Source of the DNA: Minutocellus sp. GHC0000111
Lineage: Eukaryota
Direction of reading: 5' to 3'
Assembly: GCA_977018835.1 (NCBI GenBank)
Contig: OZ361260.1
Span: forward strand, 2,356,001 to 2,420,000
Length of the DNA: 64,000 nucleotides
Below the pieces are notes generated by a model that did not search any database, was not told where the DNA came from, and saw nothing but the letters and a program-made list of their open reading frames with translations. The position numbers were made by a program, and so were the translations under genes. This document shows, piece after piece, positions 58,175 through 64,000 of the stretch. The stretch's first letter is position 1; each line of letters starts with the position of its first letter.

Positions 58175-60179
58175 ATGCCATCCAAGAAGAAGCAGAGGGC
58201 GCAGGAACGCCGGGCCGCCAAAAAAGATGGCGCCAAAAGTAGCACCGGTGGCAGTGCTCGTGCTGCTTTCGTCGGTGTCGGCGGTGCAGACATCAAGGTT
58301 GACACCCCCATGAGCATTCGGCACCAGACGTTGACGGGCAATGCCCTCGGGTCGAATCCCAACTACCACTGCAAGCCGGCCAAGCTGCGGTCGGCGCCCA
58401 ACCTGAGCGTGGAGGCCGAAGCCGTCAAGGCCGGGGTGATGAGCGCAGCTGCTCCCAGCGGCAGTGGTATCAACGACCGCGACGGTTCCAGCGCCAACAA
58501 CAGCCAAATATCTCCTACGCTGCAGCGATTTGCCACGGCCTACCGCCTCATGGACGACCTCGAGCGACGTCTCGAACAGAACTATCCCCTGCCCTCCGGC
58601 AAGCGATCGAGCGAGATGGAACCCAATGTTACCAAGCTATCTTCCGACGCCACGCACATGACCATCTGCGTCGACCTTTTGCGCGCCCTGGCCCTAACGG
58701 ACCATCGGGTGGGCATTCCCGCGTCGGTCCTGCGCCATCTGCGCCTTCCCGAGTGCGCCGTCCACGTGACCAGCCTCAAGAGCCTGCCGGCCGGATCGTC
58801 CAGCGACGTCGTGCTGGCCAACGTCGGATCGAGAGAATTCATCTGCCTCCACGTGGCCGCGTTCGTGTTCGGTACCAGCCCCCACGGACGCCGTTGCGCC
58901 CTCCGCATCGTCCATGAGCTGCATACCCATGCCGCGTGGAATTACGATTGGCTCAACGACTTTGCAGACTTGAAGGACGTCAAGGGAAGCGACGGCCGTG
59001 CCATAACCGAGCGGGAGGTGCGCTTCTCCCTGGCCTCCGTCGCCATCAAGGTGACGAGGGCGGCCTATCGGAACGGGCTGGGCCCGTCCGGGGTGCCCGC
59101 GTACCTGGAAGAGCCGGAACCATCCCGGCGGGACCTCCTGGCATCGATCGAGGTGTTTGCCAGGGAGCAGATTGAATTCGGTTCCGGCTGTGGGCTGGGA
59201 GAGTTCAACATGGGTTGGGTCGCCTCACAGAGTCCCGCGATCCGCCACACTAACGCCCTCGAGACAGCGGCCGATTGTTTCGAGTGGATGACCAAGTGTT
59301 ACGAAGCCGCCGATGATTATGGAGATGACTTCCTCCGATCCGCCGCGAGGATTGAGGCGGCATTTTGCCTCGTCATCGGTGGCGGTGGAATTGTGGGTAC
59401 GGCGGGGGGTGACATCGTCGAACGTGATTTCCGTAGCCGAGATGCCAAGATCGCGGACAAAACTATCAAGAGAAAGTCCAAGGGTGATGGCGGCGATGGA
59501 TTCGAGGAGGTGCGATCCTTTGACCGATTGGTTGTGCGAGCCGATACTGCTGCAGAACAGAAGGCTCTGAGGGATGCCGAAATCCAGCGAGTCGTCGATG
59601 GTATTCCTGACACATTCCTTGAACAGGGAGCAGTTCTCCTTATCGAACCTTGGGAGGTTCGAAGGCTGTGGAACCAAGCCATTGGCCCTTTTGACGAACT
59701 AGCGAAGTGGAATCACTCGCACTTTGTCTACGGTGAAAGTCAAGGATGGCAGAGTGTAGTCGACCTTCTCAAGGAGACGAAAAACAATGCCTACAATCAG
59801 TACGAGGCATGTTCCCACCCTGGCTTCCCGCTGACAGCCGATGGCGGAATTCCTGAATTCTCGAGTGGCCAGGGGGGTGGTACTTTCACAACCAACAAGA
59901 ATGTGGCCACATGCCTTTGGTGCGGCAAGAGTGGCTGTGATTTCAAGAGATGCACCAGGGTAAGTGCCGGAGTTGTACTATGATCAGCGATTCCTTCATC
60001 TATGCTATGTTACATTGCCATGTTTGCGTATGTTCAACTAACCAACATTGTGGCTTGTTCACATGCACGTACCTATTGCGCATCTCAATATTGACCAGTG
60101 CAAATCGGCAACATACTGTAGCGTTGTTTGCCAGACTGGTCATTGGAAGAAGGGGGGCCACAAAACTGAATGTGCCTAG
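58175..60179 (+). CDS. Protein with C-terminal MYND-type zinc finger, 2 exons
   Basis: CLWC..KRCTR|CKSATYCSVVCQTGHWKKGGHKTEC after removing intron 59960-60098. N-terminal basic NLS-like stretch; remainder unrecognised. Confidence 0.82.
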
Positions 60180-60225
60180 CTAGCTACGTAGCTAGCTAGC
60201 TACGTAGCTAGCTAGCTAGATAGCT
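60176..60225. repeat. Self-complementary (TAGC)n/TACGTA microsatellite
   Basis: ctagctagctacgtagctagctagctacgtagctagctagctag beginning at the MYND gene stop codon. Confidence 0.9.
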
Positions 60226-60463
60226 TTGTGGCTGGCTTCGTTGATAGCGATCATAGTTATCCTCTGCATGTATTTTTGGGAAAACATTTGGAGATCTATC
60301 TTCTTTTCCATTGATTTCTAGAGGTAGAATGCCAAGCTACTATTTAGTAGCTATAACTATACCGAGGTATCGCGCAATCGCAACAACTGTTACATGTAGT
60401 TGTAGGTTTGGATTACTATCAAATCATTTTTTAATCATTGTTTGCAACCGCAATTCGTTGCTT

Positions 60464-62000
60464 TCAATTAATGTCATGAAAAAGAGTAGTGCACTTTGCA
60501 CGATGCATTCGATCTCGATTCTCTCCACATTTGCAATCGCACGAAGATATTCTTTTATTCTTTTTGACCTCCTCTTTGGCATCAGCAGGATCAAGACTCG
60601 AAGCATGGACCGAGGCAACTTGGTGGCGGGCGTCCAGCATGTGTTTGAGGAGGAAAATTCGAGCAAGGACCACCTGAACGAACTTGATTGAAATCACGAA
60701 GAGTGGAACGACCGAGGCCATGAGCGTGATAGGGGGCATGTCACGGGCCCATGAATAAGGACTGCGGGGGTAGGACCAGCTGGGCACACCAAGGAACATA
60801 ATGTGCATGGTTCCAAGTGCCTACGAGAAGAATAAAGAGAAGGACAGGAGTAGATACATGCTCGTGAGATGCGTAAAACCAAGGCATATTGGTAGCCAAT
60901 GAATTCAGTGCGCATAAATATCCCACGTACCAAAGCTGACCATACAACCGGGCCAAAGACAAAGGCAAACTGAGCCTTATTCATGGCTTGTCAAACGGAT
61001 GGTAGAGAGGCGATGCCATTGATAGTGAAGAGAGAAGTAGAAAGGACGGCACATAACATCGAAGCCTCGTCGTTCCACTCCATGTGGCCCTCGCGAAGGA
61101 GGAAGCCAAAGTACTCCCCGCCAAAAAGGAGAACCATCATACAGGCATGAAGAGAGACAAAGTAGAGGGATATCAACCCGACATGTTTGCGAATTTTGCA
61201 CCCCCAGATGAGGGCTCGAGGGGGTACAGACGACGCCTTGAAGATCTTCATGAGGCGGATGGTGGTCCCTGGTAGTAGAGAAAGGGAAAATCCCCAGACG
61301 GCGGTCCAGGCAAACATCTTGCTACTGTGACGACCCAAAAGAGTATACCACTGAAAGTTAGGGCGGCCACTCACTTGAATCGTCACATACGTAAAGATAA
61401 GAAGGAAGAGGGTCACCATGAGGGCAGAGGCATGTTTCCATTCCCACCCGATGGTGTCCTGGTGGCCTCTTATTTTGGAGTACTGGTCGAAGGGGATCTC
61501 CTTGGGGAAAAGCCAAGAAGCTTGGCAAATTCCATAACCTGGAGGACACTTTCTTCGTTCGGTCCGCAAACATTGGTGCGCAGAGATTTCTTGTCAGATA
61601 CTTGAAACTGAATCTCTTCCATAGCTCCAGTGTCATTGAATGCCTTGACCCAGCGATCGTATTGGATTCCAAGAGCACCCATCGTCGCCTCGAGATCCTT
61701 CTTGCTGGCGTCTTCATTCGTCAAGTCTACCAGCGTGATATTGTTGTCCTTGACGAGACTGAAATTGCGAACAAGAAAATTCGCCAGAGCGTACGCTGGG
61801 ATTGCAATAATGACGATGTCTGCGCATTCCAGCGCCTCGGGGTATGGCTCGACGGACACATACTGGTTAAAGGGGGCGTAACTCTTCGTCGGGAGTGGTT
61901 CCGTAAAGACTAGGTCAACTGATCCCCTCTTTGCGTTGCTCTTGTACATGTGGGCGAGGCCATGTGCCTTGTCTCCTGTGCCAACAACAACAACTCTCAT
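60464..62000 (-). CDS. STEAP-like metalloreductase (FNO-like NADPH domain + ferric-reductase TM domain), 2 exons, with one frame break and one in-frame TGA
   Basis: VVVVGTGD, ADIVIIAIP, LVDLTN, VKAFND, LGF.P. TM part LLPG, RKHVGLISL..LH, SLPSV..MN..QF, LGTMH, PP. Frame break at G4 61504-61507, TGA at 60991-60993, intron 60821-60930. Confidence 0.8.
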
Positions 62001-62586
62001 GTTTGAAGAATGAATTCGTTGGTGAGGTATTACAAAGGATATTTTGAATCGATCTGTTAATTTTGGTGTAAACTTTGTTTTATGAGTTCTCGTGTGGCAG
62101 CATTTGGTCGTGGCGCCACCTTCGGCACTTGGCGTCGTCGCATTACCGCGTATTTTATTCTGCAGTTCGCGTTAGGGTGCGAACCTTGTGCACTTGTCGG
62201 AAGGGTTCGCACTTTGCCCCCTCGCGCTCTGCCATAAATCCACATACAACACTGAGTATGCATGGGTGGACCGTTTGAATGTGGTTTCTATCTATGTGTT
62301 GTTGCGTGGGAATGAGATAGTTGATTGCCTTCTTTCTTATAGACATATGGGTTCTCTTTCTTCTTGCAGTGTCAAGCGATAGAGAGAGAGCCCGGCCACC
62401 TGGTCCCTTCAATTTGCGTTGATATTGAAGCGCCGGTGTTGAGAGGCGATGAACGCAACGGCCCATCTACTGACTCATCAATAAATTATTTCATGGAGTT
62501 CGTCAACTGCATAGTTTGCTTTCGTATACGAGCAACATCTATTTCGTCAGGCCATCGCTCATCCTATTTCTAGCCTTCTCGTTACT

Positions 62587-64000
62587 ATGAGATCGTTTTC
62601 TCTTCATAGCTGTGCCCTCGCCTTCGTTGGCAGCCAGCTTTTATCGCTCGTTCAATCGCAGCTCACCACCAACCCGACGCTTCAATCGCGATCAAATGAT
62701 ATGTTTGATGCTATGTTGGATATGCTGACGGCCGAAGACAATGAAATTCCTATTACATACAAGCCTGGGCAGCTCACAGTCGCCGAGAATGGTATCTTAT
62801 TATCGACTGGACTACAATCCAGAATCATTGCCATAACAGGAGAGCCGGTACTCTTCAAGGATGGGTCCAAGTCGTCTATCCCATTCCACGACCAGCCTGA
62901 TGCGGGTGCCGTCTTCGTAGACTATTCACCAGCCAACAAAGGAGGCTACGCCTATGTCTCGAACGCCGAAGTAGGAACGAAGGGTGGTGGGGTCGGCTCC
63001 ATAATCTTTGACGCTAGTGGCGATCCAATTGACTACAAAATTATTCTCACCGGGACTACTCGTAACTGCGGTGGGGGCAAGACGTACTGGCAGACTGTAA
63101 GTTCCTCGAACAAGAGCACCGTTGAATGGATGCCTATCAGTAAGGCTGTGCTTGCCTACTAGGTACTTGATCTATTCTTCTCATCATTTTTTGGATTTAT
63201 ACCACGTTGTTTTGACCAATTTATACCACGTTTGTTTTGACTAATTTATTTTGTAGTGGGTTTCGTGTGAGGAGGCGGGCAATAGAGGTCAAATCTGGTG
63301 AGTGAAAAGCGCTGCATAGTGGAACGATTTTTCCCGGTGCGCAATGCCATTTATCCTCATGACCACTTCAATATCGAATCTCTCACCTCCTCACTTTCCA
63401 TTGAAAAATTATAGGGAGACCGACCCCTTCGGAAGAGAGGCCGCAAATAAGACTGTGCTTGGAGGGCTCGGCGGAAACTATGAGAGCATGGCCTATGATA
63501 ATCGTGCAAAATTCAAGCCGCGGTTCTTTATCACCAACGGTAGGTAATATCATGCCTTGGAGTATGTCACTTGAAAATATGGCAGTGATAGAGTCTCGAG
63601 AAACATCTCACTCACAATGGCATCTTCCTCTTACTCGTCACTATTTATTTATCTACGTAGACAAGGAAGATGGCGAGATCCGGCGATTCACACCCAAAAG
63701 ATTACCCATTGAGAATGGGGACTACAAGGCTATCCTCACAACACCAGGGGTCATGTCATATTTGGTCATCAACCCCGCCAAGGGCAAATTCGGTTGGACC
63801 AAGGATATCGCCAGAGGAAAGAAATCGGCCAAGAAACACTTTCCGAACTGCGAAGGAATCGATCGCAAAGACAACTACCTCTATTTTGTCTGCAAGGCTC
63901 GTAAGGAGATGTTCACACTGAATCTGGACGACAGGACGTATGTCAAGACCAGCACCGAGAGCGGAGCACTTGATGGCCAACCAGACCAAATTGTTCGTCT
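62587..64000 (+). CDS. phoX: Secreted PhoX-family (DUF839) alkaline phosphatase, 3' truncated by window end
   Basis: Signal peptide, PDAGAVF, YVSNAE, ILTGTTRNCGGGKTYWQT|WVSCEE, YESMAYD, NCEGID, PDQI. Introns 63097-63256, 63298-63414 and 63540-63660 all keep the frame. Confidence 0.88.

Noticed and set aside
63196..63248. Two-copy 24-25 bp repeat in phoX intron 1
   Set aside because: Small local duplication with no evident function.

Overview
Gene-dense eukaryotic nuclear DNA, most consistent with a diatom or related ochrophyte. It has short GT-AG introns, signal-peptide + 'AF' bipartite plastid presequences, and DUF6824, helicase-associated-repeat and diatom-type PPR/LRR proteins. About 27 protein genes are supportable: ABCG transporter, type II dehydroquinate synthase, a PAS-PAS-HK-REC-REC-HPt hybrid kinase, plastid MSH1 (MutS + GIY-YIG), PKDCC-like kinase, FMO, LRR membrane protein, several glycosyl/sulfotransferases, renalase-like oxidoreductase, VOC protein, PPR, GARP/PSR1-like factor, MsrA-like, DUF1996, MATE, PRMT1, lactonase-like propeller, zf-MYND, a STEAP-like metalloreductase and PhoX (cut by the window end). 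Four different non-autonomous TIR elements with visible target-site duplications sit in intergenic DNA. The most interesting items are: (1) a DNA-polymerase-I-thumb-like segment at the N-terminus of MSH1; (2) a STEAP-architecture ferric reductase head-to-head with the Fe/Ca-dependent phosphatase PhoX; (3) a one-polypeptide phosphorelay. Many genes carry single-base homopolymer deletions or G>T changes, most likely uncorrected long-read errors. All domain calls come from motif recognition by eye; no database searches were run.
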